Below are positions 49,182 to 57,688 of a DNA stretch of 64,000 nt, piece after piece. Source of the DNA: an uncultured Bacteroides sp. (GTDB lineage: Bacteria; Bacteroidota; Bacteroidia; Bacteroidales; SM23-62); the NCBI GenBank assembly GCA_964575235.1, contig CAZNQG010000001.1, forward strand, positions 5,467 to 69,466, written 5' to 3'. A program made the position numbers and the translations under genes. The first letter of the stretch is position 1, and each line of letters opens with the position of its first letter. Under the pieces are notes generated by a model. The model saw only the letters and a list, made by a program, of their open reading frames with translations, was not told the DNA's origin and searched no databases.

Positions 49182-50170
49182 ACAGTAAATCATTCTGGAG
49201 TGTATTCGCTCCACACATCAGAGACTTTATTAGTCTTAAAAGAAGCCTCGGCTATAAATACCAAGTAGAAGAAAGAATCCTATATACCTTTGATCGATTT
49301 ATACTGGATCAGGGTCATACCAATCCCGGATTAACCAAAGAGATATCTGATAAATGGGCTGATGGACGCCATAATGAAGCTGAGCTGACCATTTATGGTA
49401 AAATTAAGGTAGTAAAACAGTTGGCGGAACACTTACGTGATCAGGGCATCAAAACCTTTGTTCCTCAATTACCCAAATATCCAGGCAACACATTTATCTC
49501 TTACATCTATTCCCATGAAGAGATAAACGCTATGTTCCGGGCCTGCGACAGTCTGAGGATGAAATGCAGGAATGTTTATTCCTGTCTTTTAATCATGCCC
49601 TGCCTGTTACGGTTACTTTATGGGACAGGTATTCGTATCAATGAGGCTCTATCGTTAAAGAATAAGGATGTAAATATTAATGGGAGATTCCTGACTTTAA
49701 AGGATACCAAAAACGGAAAAGACAGGTTAATACCCATGTCAAGTTCGCTTACCGTCGTCTTCAAAGACTATCTGAAACAACGAAATAAGCTTCCTCTCAA
49801 TGGCTTGAAACGTGAAAATGGGCCATTCTTTGTTTCCTTGAATGGTGGAGAATGTACACAAGGTGCTGTACATCGCTGGTTCCGGAAGGTGCTTGTATTG
49901 GCGGGAATCCCTTTTACGGGTAACAGAAAAGGACCCAGGATCCATGATATCCGCCATACCTTCGCCTGTCATTCTTTTTTGAAGCTTTCCGATGAAGGTG
50001 TGGACCTGTATTGTTCATGGCCTTACCTTTCGACTTATCTCGGGCATCAGTCGCTGGAATCCACTGAGCAATATATAAGATTGACCACACAAATGTATCC
50101 AGAACTGCTGAAAGATACCGACGGACTGTATGTAGATGTTCTCCCGGATATTCCAGCCAAAACTAAATGA
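49178..50170 (+). CDS. RIT tyrosine recombinase 2 (RitB-like)
   Basis: 330 aa with GIRINEALSL (Arg I), HDIRHTFACH (HxxR) and LGHQSLESTEQYIRL (Tyr). ATGA overlap with the upstream gene. Confidence 0.85.
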   Translation: MNSKSFWSVFAPHIRDFISLKRSLGYKYQVEERILYTFDRFILDQGHTNPGLTKEISDKWADGRHNEAELTIYGKIKVVKQLAEHLRDQGIKTFVPQLPKYPGNTFISYIYSHEEINAMFRACDSLRMKCRNVYSCLLIMPCLLRLLYGTGIRINEALSLKNKDVNINGRFLTLKDTKNGKDRLIPMSSSLTVVFKDYLKQRNKLPLNGLKRENGPFFVSLNGGECTQGAVHRWFRKVLVLAGIPFTGNRKGPRIHDIRHTFACHSFLKLSDEGVDLYCSWPYLSTYLGHQSLESTEQYIRLTTQMYPELLKDTDGLYVDVLPDIPAKTK

Positions 50171-51201
50171 CTGCCATGAAGCAAGTAAACGATTTTACCC
50201 GGTTACTGTCTGGCTTTCTGAACAACTATCTGCCTCATGAAAAGGGAGTTAGTGCAAATACGATAAAGTCATACAGTTATACGTTCATCCTCTTTATCAA
50301 ATTTATGCGTGAGAACAGGAACGTACCTGCTACAAAGTTATCATTCACTCATCTTAAAAAGGATTTGGTTGTTGGATTCCTTGATTGGCTCCAGAACGAT
50401 AGGGGCTGTGGTGAGGCTACTCGCAATCAACGATTAGCAGCTCTATCTTCATTTATAAAATATGCCGAATATATGAATCCTGGTCATTTATTTGACTGCC
50501 ATGAAATATTATCCATCCCTGCCAAAAAAACAGAAAGCAAAACACGTAATTATTTGAGTATTGACGGCATGAAACTGCTGTTGCAACAACCCAATACTCA
50601 ACAAACCAAAGGGCTCCGGGACCTTGCTCTGTTATCCTTAATGTACGAGAGTGCCGCTAGGGTCCAGGAAATTATTGATCTGACTCCTGCTTCCCTGTTC
50701 ATCGCTAACAAACCCTATAGGGTTATCCTGCATGGGAAGGGTAACAAATACAGGTCAATACCTCTTCCAGACAAGCAGGCAGAACTGCTAAGATTATATA
50801 TATCCCAGAATGGTCTTTTAAACAGGGAAAATGCGCAAAAATCCTTGTTCCCAAATTACCAGGGGCAGAAGATGACACGTAATGGTATTAATAATGTCCT
50901 GGTTAAATATTTAAAGATGGCTAACAAAAAAAATCCCTCTTTGGTACCTGATCATCTGAGTTGTCATTCCATAAGACATACCAAGGCTATGCACTTATTG
51001 GAATCTAAGGTTGAATTGATACATATAAGAGACTTCCTGGGTCATAAATCAGTATTGACTACCGAAACCTATGCTCGTATGAATCCTAAGTTTACTTTTG
51101 AAGCGGTGAAGAACGCGTATAAAAACATAACTGTTGATAATATACCAGCCTGGAAGGGTAATAATGAATTAATGGTAATGCTGAAAAACCTTGCTAAATG
51201 A
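50167..51201 (+). CDS. RIT tyrosine recombinase 3 (RitC-like)
   Basis: 344 aa with an N-terminal SAM-like core-binding domain, ARVQEIIDL (Arg I), HSIRHTKAMHLL and LGHKSVLTTETYARM. ATGA overlap with the upstream gene. Confidence 0.85.
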   Translation: MTAMKQVNDFTRLLSGFLNNYLPHEKGVSANTIKSYSYTFILFIKFMRENRNVPATKLSFTHLKKDLVVGFLDWLQNDRGCGEATRNQRLAALSSFIKYAEYMNPGHLFDCHEILSIPAKKTESKTRNYLSIDGMKLLLQQPNTQQTKGLRDLALLSLMYESAARVQEIIDLTPASLFIANKPYRVILHGKGNKYRSIPLPDKQAELLRLYISQNGLLNRENAQKSLFPNYQGQKMTRNGINNVLVKYLKMANKKNPSLVPDHLSCHSIRHTKAMHLLESKVELIHIRDFLGHKSVLTTETYARMNPKFTFEAVKNAYKNITVDNIPAWKGNNELMVMLKNLAK

Positions 51202-51277
51202 GGTAGAATATTATGCAAAGAGATTAATTGAATATGGACAGATAAGTAGATGGTTCACAGAACATACCGTTATAATA

Positions 51278-51306
51278 CTTCACATAATAAAAAAGGTAGG
51301 ATAATC
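51278..51306 (-). repeat. RIT right terminal inverted repeat
   Basis: CTTCACATAATAAAAAAAGGTAGGATAATC on the + strand, which is the reverse complement of the left IR. Confidence 0.8.
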
Positions 51307-51954
51307 GGCAACAGTTTTGTCGGAGATTATATCGTACCATTGCTCAACTGGGAACTGTGAGGTGATGATCGTTGACTTCTGATCATGCCTGTCCTCGATT
51401 ATTTCAAGGAATGAAAGCCTGCCCGGGCTGTCCAGTGATTGCAGGCCAAAGTCGTCGATAATCAGCAGATCCACTTTCGCCATCCTGGTTATTTCCTTCA
51501 GATAAGAACCATCCGCTTTCAGCATCTTCAGCTTTGACAGAAGCTTGGCCATGTTCTCATACAGCACCTTAAATTCTTTAATACAGGCCTGGTGACCAAG
51601 GGCCGAAGCTACAAAACTTTTACCCACACCGGTAGCACCGGTTATGATGATGTTTTCATTTCGACGGATAAAATCGCAGCTGGCAAAACGAAGGATCTGA
51701 TTCCTGTCCAGGTTTCGTTTATCATCGTAGGTCAGATCTTCAATACAGGCTTTATACCTGAACCTGGACATGCGAACCAGTCTTTCGATTTTCCTTGTGT
51801 GCCTTTCATCCATCTCGGCATCGAGCAGGTAGTTGATCATTTCATCCTGTGTGTAGTTCTGATTCCTGCCAGCCTCCAAGGTGGTCTCAAAGGCTCTGCA
51901 CATGCCAAAGAAGTTAAGATGCTTCATCTTTTCCAGTAAAACTTCACTTTCCAT
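51280..51954 (-). pseudogene. istB: IS21 helper ATPase IstB (element B), 3'-truncated at the same codon as IstB-A
   Basis: Contains GATGVGKSFVASALG and LLIIDDFG. The sequence ends ...SDKTVAD|YPTFFIM*, with the last 7 codons and the stop lying inside the RIT right IR. Confidence 0.8.
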
Positions 51955-51983
51955 AATTGTTGTTTGATTTGTTAGTATTTGGA

Positions 51984-53526
51984 TTATTTATAGTACTTGT
52001 TGCCCCTGATGTTCTTGTGACTTGGTAATGGATCCTGGGACTCATCGTCATCGATGAACTTATCCATGTTATTTTCCAGTATGTTCTTGATGATTGTGTA
52101 ATTGTGGGTTCCGTATTCAAGGGCTCTGCGACAGGCATTTTCCACCCTCATGCTCCCGACTTTGGTAACAAGCTGCAATACCCCCGAACACGAACGATAC
52201 GCTTTTGCCGGGTATTTGCTTTCTTCGAGGATTTGGGTGATAAACTGACTTGTGTAGACACCCACCTTTTCGGCATCTGCCAGTAAGTTCTCGGGGTTCA
52301 GATCAAGATAATGTTTCTGATTCTGGGTCAGATGTTCCGGGACAGTGGTATATGCATGCGGGGCTCTGTCCCTGTCATGAGAGGCTATCAGATCATAGTT
52401 GCTGTATATCTCAACGGTTGACTGAGTGTAAACAATTTTAACCTTGCTGCCGATGTAGTAATGCGGTACGCTGTAATAATGTTTATCCCTGGGCATGTAG
52501 ACATGACAATGCCGGTATACCGTTCCGACAGCGTACTCCTTCATCTGATAATAGCATGCCGGCAACGGTTTCAACAGGTTCTTTTCCATCTGTTCAAACA
52601 GATCCCACCGGCTGTATCTCTTGTTGGTCAAAGGCATTTTGTTGTGTTTATCCAGCTCCCGGAGGATCGCCAGGTTCAACTGTTCAAGGCTGTGGAAGGT
52701 CTGGGACTGCAGCGGAACGTATACTCGATGGTACAATATCTTGATTACTCCTTCTACCAGGGATTTGTCGCGGGGCTTACGGATCCGGGCGGGAAAAACA
52801 ATGGTATCATAATGATCGGCAAAATCGGCAAAAGCTTCATTGAGCTGAGGCTCGTATGGATTGGTTTTAGTAACGGCCGATTTAAGATTATCCGGGACGA
52901 TACTTTTGGGTACACCGTTATAGAAGTAAAGTGCGTTCTCAACGCATGAGATAAAGTCCTCCTTCTTCTGGCTCATCGCTGCCTCCATGTAAGTATATTG
53001 GCTGGCGCCCATGATTGCTACAAATACTTCCACGGCTGTCCTGTCGCCGGTTTTCTTATCAACGACATGAAGCTTCTTGCCTGCAAAATCCACGAACATG
53101 CTATCTCCGGCCTTATGGTTCATACGCATCGTCGGTGAACTGCTTTTCTTCCATTTATTGTAGTAATGGCAAAACTGTGTTCTCTGATAGCCTCCCGGAT
53201 TTCCTCTGATGTAGCGTTCCCATAGCTTTCCTTTGGTCATCCCTGGTTTCTTCAAATCCCGGTCATAAATCGGGAACAACTCCAATAATTGATTCAGCTT
53301 TGGGGGATTTTCATTGGTTCTCGATTCAAACATCTTCCAGCTGCTTATCACTCAGTCGCATGATCTCATCATAATCCAGACCACAGACACTGAAGTAATC
53401 CAGGTACTTGGTGACCGTGTTGCGGGAGACACCCAGCAGCGTACTGATAAACCTTTTACTCTTGCCAGAGTTGTGTAAACGCAAAATCCTTCTTGTTTCC
53501 ATAATTTCAAGTTTTTTGTTGGACAT
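51984..53526 (-). pseudogene. istA: IS21 family transposase IstA (element B), split by a frameshift between HTH and catalytic parts
   Basis: ORF 53326..53526 encodes the HTH part (ISTLLGVSRNTVTKYL ... LSDKQLEDV*). ORF 51984..53351 encodes the remainder (FESRTNENPPKLNQLLELFP..., DDE core). The two frames overlap at 53326-53351. Confidence 0.8.
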
Positions 53527-53619
53527 GATTTAGAGAATTGGTACATATATCTATACCATAAGCTCCAAATCGTTGCCTGGAAAACAGTAATAATTATTAA
53601 CTTGAATGACGGCTTGGCG

Positions 53620-53712
53620 GGTGGTTCAATTTGAACCGGAGAAGGTGGCTCAGTTTGCCCCGGACAGCTATGCTCAGTTACGAGCGGATTGAATGGCTCA
53701 GTTTATCCGAAA
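53620..53712. repeat. IS21-B end repeats (4 units of ~GGTGGCTCAGTTTnnCCGGA, ~24-nt period)
   Basis: The units are GGTGGTTCAATTTGAACCGGA (53620-), GGTGGCTCAGTTTGCCCCGGA (53644-), TATGCTCAGTTACGAGCGGA (53669-) and AATGGCTCAGTTTATCCGAAA (53692-). Confidence 0.6.
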
Positions 53713-53718
53713 TTTCCA

Positions 53719-54296
53719 CCTGGCAGCATGCCGATTTATCCCGGAAAAACAAAATGTCGTCTTTATGGGCAAGCCCGGTGTGGGCAAAACACACCTCGCG
53801 AATGCTTTGGGCTTGGAAGCAATCAAGAAAGGGTACAAAGTAATATTTACTCATGCCAATAGCCTGATCGATCAGCTTCACAGATCTAAAGCAGATGGAA
53901 AATACCAGAACGTTCTATCAAAGATTAGCCGAATCGATCTGTTGATCATCGATGAGCTGGGCTTCCGTAAAATCCCACAGAATGGAATGGATGACTTTTT
54001 TGAAATCATCCGCAGTAGATACGAAACCGGATCCATCATAATTACGACTAACCGAAACTTTGAAGACTGGGGATCATTGCTGGGTGATATGGTAATGGCA
54101 TCTGCAATTATCGATCGGATAGTTCATCATGCAGAAATCATTAAAATCATTGGAAATAGCTATAGAATAAGGAATTACGAGGAAAGATTAACTGATAACA
54201 ATTAAACTAATAGACAGACATAACAGATTTAATTCTATTTTTAAAGTGGCTCAATTTTATTGAGAAAAACTGGCTCAGAATTATTGATAGGTAACA
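53719..54296 (+). mobile_element. Right-hand remnant of a third IS21-family element (C): istB 3' portion plus right terminal repeats ending ...GGTAACA
   Basis: An istB fragment is followed by two TGGCTCA-type repeats (54245-54265 and 54269-54296). The terminus ends in CA at 54296. Confidence 0.65.
53720..54205 (+). pseudogene. istB: IstB fragment (Walker A to native C-terminus) of IS21-C
   Basis: Reads ...FIPEKQNVVFMGKPGVGKTHLANALG...LLIIDELGF...GDMVMASAIIDRIVHHAEIIKIIGNSYRIRNYEE. The N-terminal ~80 aa are missing. The ATG at 53693 in the ORF track lies inside the IS21-B end repeat. Confidence 0.75.
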
Positions 54297-54447
54297 TAAT
54301 CGCAGATACCATGAATCACTGAACAATCTTACACCCGCTGATGTCTACTTTGATCGGGACAAGGAGATCCTCAAAAAAAGGAAAGCAATTAAACAAAGGA
54401 CTATGATCCAGAGAAGAATGGATAACGATCTACGAAATGCAATTTGA
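54297..54447 (+). pseudogene. C-terminal tail of an rve (integrase-core, IS481/IS3-like) transposase gene
   Basis: Own translation: (H)NRRYHESLNNLTPADVYFDRDKEILKKRKAIKQRTMIQRRMDNDLRNAI*, with the stop at 54445-54447. This is the conserved rve C-terminal motif. Everything upstream has been replaced by the IS21-C end. Confidence 0.6.
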
Positions 54448-54455
54448 ATTAAAAA

Positions 54456-56128
54456 GGGACCTTCGTAAAATAGACTTGATTTCTAAAAATCCGGCTGGGT
54501 GATGGTTGAACTGGCCGGATTTTTTAGTTGCAAGCCATCGATTTTACGTTTTCCTCTTAATATGTGCATGATTTTGAAGTTCTTGTAGACACCTCTTCCA
54601 TCCAACCATCATTTGATCGGTCATCTTTAGCCCTATGCTGCTAAGTGAGGTAGTTTTTCTTGTGCCAGACGTTTTGAGATCCTGACAGCATTGGCTGTAT
54701 GGACGCCAAAGAAAATCCAGAGGATTTCATTCTTCTCGATCCTGGCTTTGATCTTGTCAAGGCTATAGTGTTGTTTCTCAGTACCAAAACTACCCTCCAT
54801 GCGAGTAACTCTTTCCTTACGCAACTCAGCTGCCAGGATAAGTCGCTGGTCTTCATATTTCCCTGCTCGACCTTTGCGTTTGAAGTCGGTAGCAATATCG
54901 CGCCCAGTGCACCATTTCCGGTTGGCATTGTTGGCATAGATGTCATCGGCAGCTATATGCGTAATCTTCCCAAACAAGGACCGGCTGTACCAAATGGAGT
55001 CAATCAGCCTGGGGCCTTCGTTGAAGGCATCAAAGCTTAGGTGCTCAATGAAGTTGATTCCATCCACCTGGATCATATTTACTTTGGCTCCGAACTCTAC
55101 TTTCTTTACCTCTTTGCCACGGACAATAGGTCGAACATAACTCTTTGCGATAGAGACGATCCTGTCCGGAATAGAGTGGGAGCCTGTGGTGAACATCTCC
55201 TTCTGTTGCCTGAGTACCTTGAGGATCACCCTGCGTCGCTGATAATACTTTTCAGGGAACTGAAGGTAGGCGCGGTGTCTGTCTTCGATCTTCTTCTGTT
55301 CATCGATCAGTTTCTCCAGGAGGTAAAGTAAACTTCGGGTCCGTTTGGTAGTCTGCTTCCAGGGCTTCTTACGCATACGCATATAGGAAAAATACTTGTC
55401 TTTCTGATCCAGGTACTTGGTCCTGGGTGTGGGGATCTTCAGATACTTGCAGGTTCGCTTCATTTGCCCATGCATCCAGTCAACACACTCCCACAGAAGC
55501 TTAACGTTGGTCGGGAAGCGGATGTAACTCTCGTAGCAGGTGGCGTCCTCCAATATAATGTTTGTTTGCTCCAGGTATGGCTTCCAGGATTTGGCCAATA
55601 CAGACTGGACTTCCCGGATATTCAACTTCCTGGCAAGCTCTGTCCGGATCCGGCTGATCACCTTAAAATCTATCAGTTTATCCGTGCCCAGGAAGATTCC
55701 GCAGAATATCTGCCACTGGATGTTCCCGTTGAGTTGTTCATAAAGCAGTCGATCCGACATGCCACTATAGGACTTCAGGAACATCAAGGCCAATTTACCC
55801 CGAGGACTGAACAATGACTTGCGACCTGAACGGTTCTCCTTTAATTTCAAGGATTTGATCAGTTGATCCCAGGGGATGGACTGATAGACTTTGCCAAGTT
55901 CTGATTCCAGAAAGCGGTTCCAGTATAGTGAAAATTCCTGCTGTGGGGAAATAAATGAAATCTCTTGGGTAGATTCGAAAATTCGGTGTAAATTGTTCAT
56001 GTAATTTGAAGATTTACCCCGATTTCTTGCCTGCAGAGCTGATTTCGGGGTTTTTCTTTAAATTACAAAAAATATAACTCTTTAACAATCAAAGTTTTAA
56101 ACAGGTTTTCGACATTCGCGAAGGTCCC
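54456..56128 (-). mobile_element. IS4/IS5-superfamily insertion sequence (IS5/IS1182-like)
   Basis: The terminal IRs GGGACCTTCG(T/C)(A/G)AA lie at 54456-54469 and, as reverse complement, at 56115-56128. They enclose a single transposase gene. The flanks are A-runs, so a target-site duplication cannot be resolved. Confidence 0.7.
54633..56000 (-). CDS. DDE transposase (DUF772 N-terminal domain + DDE_Tnp_1-type catalytic domain)
   Basis: 455 aa with SLFSPRGKLALMFLKSYSGMSDRLLYEQL (InsH-N/DUF772-like), EDATCYES, RGKEVKKVEFGAKV, AADDIYANNANR and ERVTRMEGSFGTEKQHY. The exact family assignment is uncertain. Confidence 0.85.
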   Translation of the reverse strand: MNNLHRIFESTQEISFISPQQEFSLYWNRFLESELGKVYQSIPWDQLIKSLKLKENRSGRKSLFSPRGKLALMFLKSYSGMSDRLLYEQLNGNIQWQIFCGIFLGTDKLIDFKVISRIRTELARKLNIREVQSVLAKSWKPYLEQTNIILEDATCYESYIRFPTNVKLLWECVDWMHGQMKRTCKYLKIPTPRTKYLDQKDKYFSYMRMRKKPWKQTTKRTRSLLYLLEKLIDEQKKIEDRHRAYLQFPEKYYQRRRVILKVLRQQKEMFTTGSHSIPDRIVSIAKSYVRPIVRGKEVKKVEFGAKVNMIQVDGINFIEHLSFDAFNEGPRLIDSIWYSRSLFGKITHIAADDIYANNANRKWCTGRDIATDFKRKGRAGKYEDQRLILAAELRKERVTRMEGSFGTEKQHYSLDKIKARIEKNEILWIFFGVHTANAVRISKRLAQEKLPHLAA

Positions 56129-56215
56129 TAAAAAAACTGTCTCTTAACTTTATGTTCCCTGATGTCCGAGTTTTGATGAAGTCAAACAAATGTGCTTGGC
56201 TGTGCGGGCTGATAT

Positions 56216-57688
56216 TTATTCATATTTATAAATTCTTTCGACTACAAGTTTTGAACTAATCACTGCCATTGGCAAACCTGCTCCCGGTATTGTTGAAGCC
56301 CCAACATAAAAAGTATTTGAAAATTTTTCGTCATAATTCTTAGGTCTGAATGCTCCAATTTGCATCATACTATGAGACAATCCGAGACCTGCACCTTTAT
56401 ATAAGTTAAACTGATTTTGCCAGTCTTCAGGTGTATATTCCATTTGAAATACAATATCTTTTGAAATATCCTGATGGATTCTTATAGAAAAATCATCGAT
56501 TATACTTTTAATAATCTCTTGTTTATCTGACCAATCAATTTTGAATAGCAGATTTGGAACAGGGCATACAAAAAACAAGGCTTCGCAACCTTCCGGCGCA
56601 CAATCGGGATTGTGTTTCGATACTACATTTACATAATAATAAGGTTTTTCAAGAGTCCCTGGATTTTTCATCACATCTTTGGCATATTCTTCATAATTGT
56701 TGCCCAAAAAGTAGTTGTGGTGTTCTATTTGATTGAGTTTCTTATTTATGCCTACATAAAATGTCAAATAGCCCATTGTCCAACTCATTTTCGCAAGTTT
56801 CTTTGGAGCATATTTTCTTCGTTTAAAAACAATACCTCTAAAAAATGCGGCATCGGCATTTATTACAAAAATATCAGCTTTCCATGTTTTGCCAGTTTGG
56901 TCTGTCAGGAAATCTAATTTTCCGTTGCTACTTTTGTAATCTTTAATTTCAGTTTCGTAATTAAAAGTAGCCCCGAGTTTAAGTAATTCATTTACAAGGC
57001 TAGTAACAATAGTATACATGCCACCTTTTACATTGTAATATCCTGTATGCTTAAACTCAATATGTGAAAGTAAAGTGTAAACAGCATTGGTGTCAAAAGG
57101 AGTCCTGCCCAAGAAGAAAGCTATTAAAGAAACAATTTGCTTTACTTCTTTCGATTCAAAATAAAAATTTACCTGTTTCCAGAAGCTTTTTAATAATACA
57201 GGAAGGTGAATAGGGTTTACCTGCATTAAAGCTATCAGATAAGCAGGAATGCTGTTAAAATTTTGTTTTATTGCTATATCAACCGTGTCATTGTATAACT
57301 GCTCACACTTTTTTAGATATGCTGTAATTTTTTTTTTAAAATCAGGCTCAATCCCATCAAACTGTTCGCTCAATTTGACAATATCTTTGTAAAGCGAAAA
57401 TTTCTTATCACTACCCCTGAAATTTACCGCGTATAAAGGGTCAAGTTCAACAAATTCAAAAGGCATATCAATTCCACAATCTTTTAACAGTTCCTCAAAC
57501 TCATAAGGCATGCTAAAAAAACTTGGGCCAACATCAAAAGTAAAGCCTTCTTTTTTCAGTTGGTTTAGCCTGCCTCCTGCCTGTTTGTTTTTCTCAACAA
57601 AAGTAACTTTATAACCACGTGAAGCTAACCTTAATCCAGTTGAGAGTCCTCCTAGCCCTGTTCCTACTATCAATACAGTTTTATTCAT
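56216..57688 (-). CDS. crtI: Phytoene desaturase family protein
   Basis: 490 aa with an N-terminal FAD fold (VLIVGTGLGGLSTGLRLASRGYKVTFVEKNKQAGGR) and a C-terminal YVGASTIPGAGLPMAVISS. Confidence 0.9.
   Translation of the reverse strand: MNKTVLIVGTGLGGLSTGLRLASRGYKVTFVEKNKQAGGRLNQLKKEGFTFDVGPSFFSMPYEFEELLKDCGIDMPFEFVELDPLYAVNFRGSDKKFSLYKDIVKLSEQFDGIEPDFKKKITAYLKKCEQLYNDTVDIAIKQNFNSIPAYLIALMQVNPIHLPVLLKSFWKQVNFYFESKEVKQIVSLIAFFLGRTPFDTNAVYTLLSHIEFKHTGYYNVKGGMYTIVTSLVNELLKLGATFNYETEIKDYKSSNGKLDFLTDQTGKTWKADIFVINADAAFFRGIVFKRRKYAPKKLAKMSWTMGYLTFYVGINKKLNQIEHHNYFLGNNYEEYAKDVMKNPGTLEKPYYYVNVVSKHNPDCAPEGCEALFFVCPVPNLLFKIDWSDKQEIIKSIIDDFSIRIHQDISKDIVFQMEYTPEDWQNQFNLYKGAGLGLSHSMMQIGAFRPKNYDEKFSNTFYVGASTIPGAGLPMAVISSKLVVERIYKYE

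Larger units (their letters stand above)
47778..51303 (+). mobile_element. Recombinase-in-trio (RIT) element: three tandem tyrosine recombinase genes between terminal inverted repeats
   Basis: The ~29-bp IRs lie at 47775-47803 and 51278-51306, with one mismatch and one T indel. Three same-strand tyrosine recombinase ORFs have ATGA start/stop overlaps. The exact outer boundary is ambiguous by 3 nt because GAT could belong to either istB or the IR. Confidence 0.8.
51304..53718 (-). mobile_element. IS21-family element B (different from A), inverted, istB 3'-truncated by RIT, istA frameshifted
   Basis: istB and istA lie on the minus strand. Four subterminal repeats at 53620-53712 form its left end as read on its own strand. 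The boundary near 53713-53725 is approximate. Confidence 0.75.

Noticed and set aside
47930-51201. RIT recombinases as the integrase of the tRNA-Val island
   Set aside because: They are enclosed by their own inverted repeats inside IS21 sequences, about 2.5 kb from the tRNA. Nothing links them to the tRNA-derived repeat. I cannot exclude it, but it is not supported.
53631-53881. 70-aa (+) and 67-aa (-) ORFs across the IS21-B/IS21-C junction
   Set aside because: They span terminal repeats and the istB fragment in wrong frames and have no coding signal.
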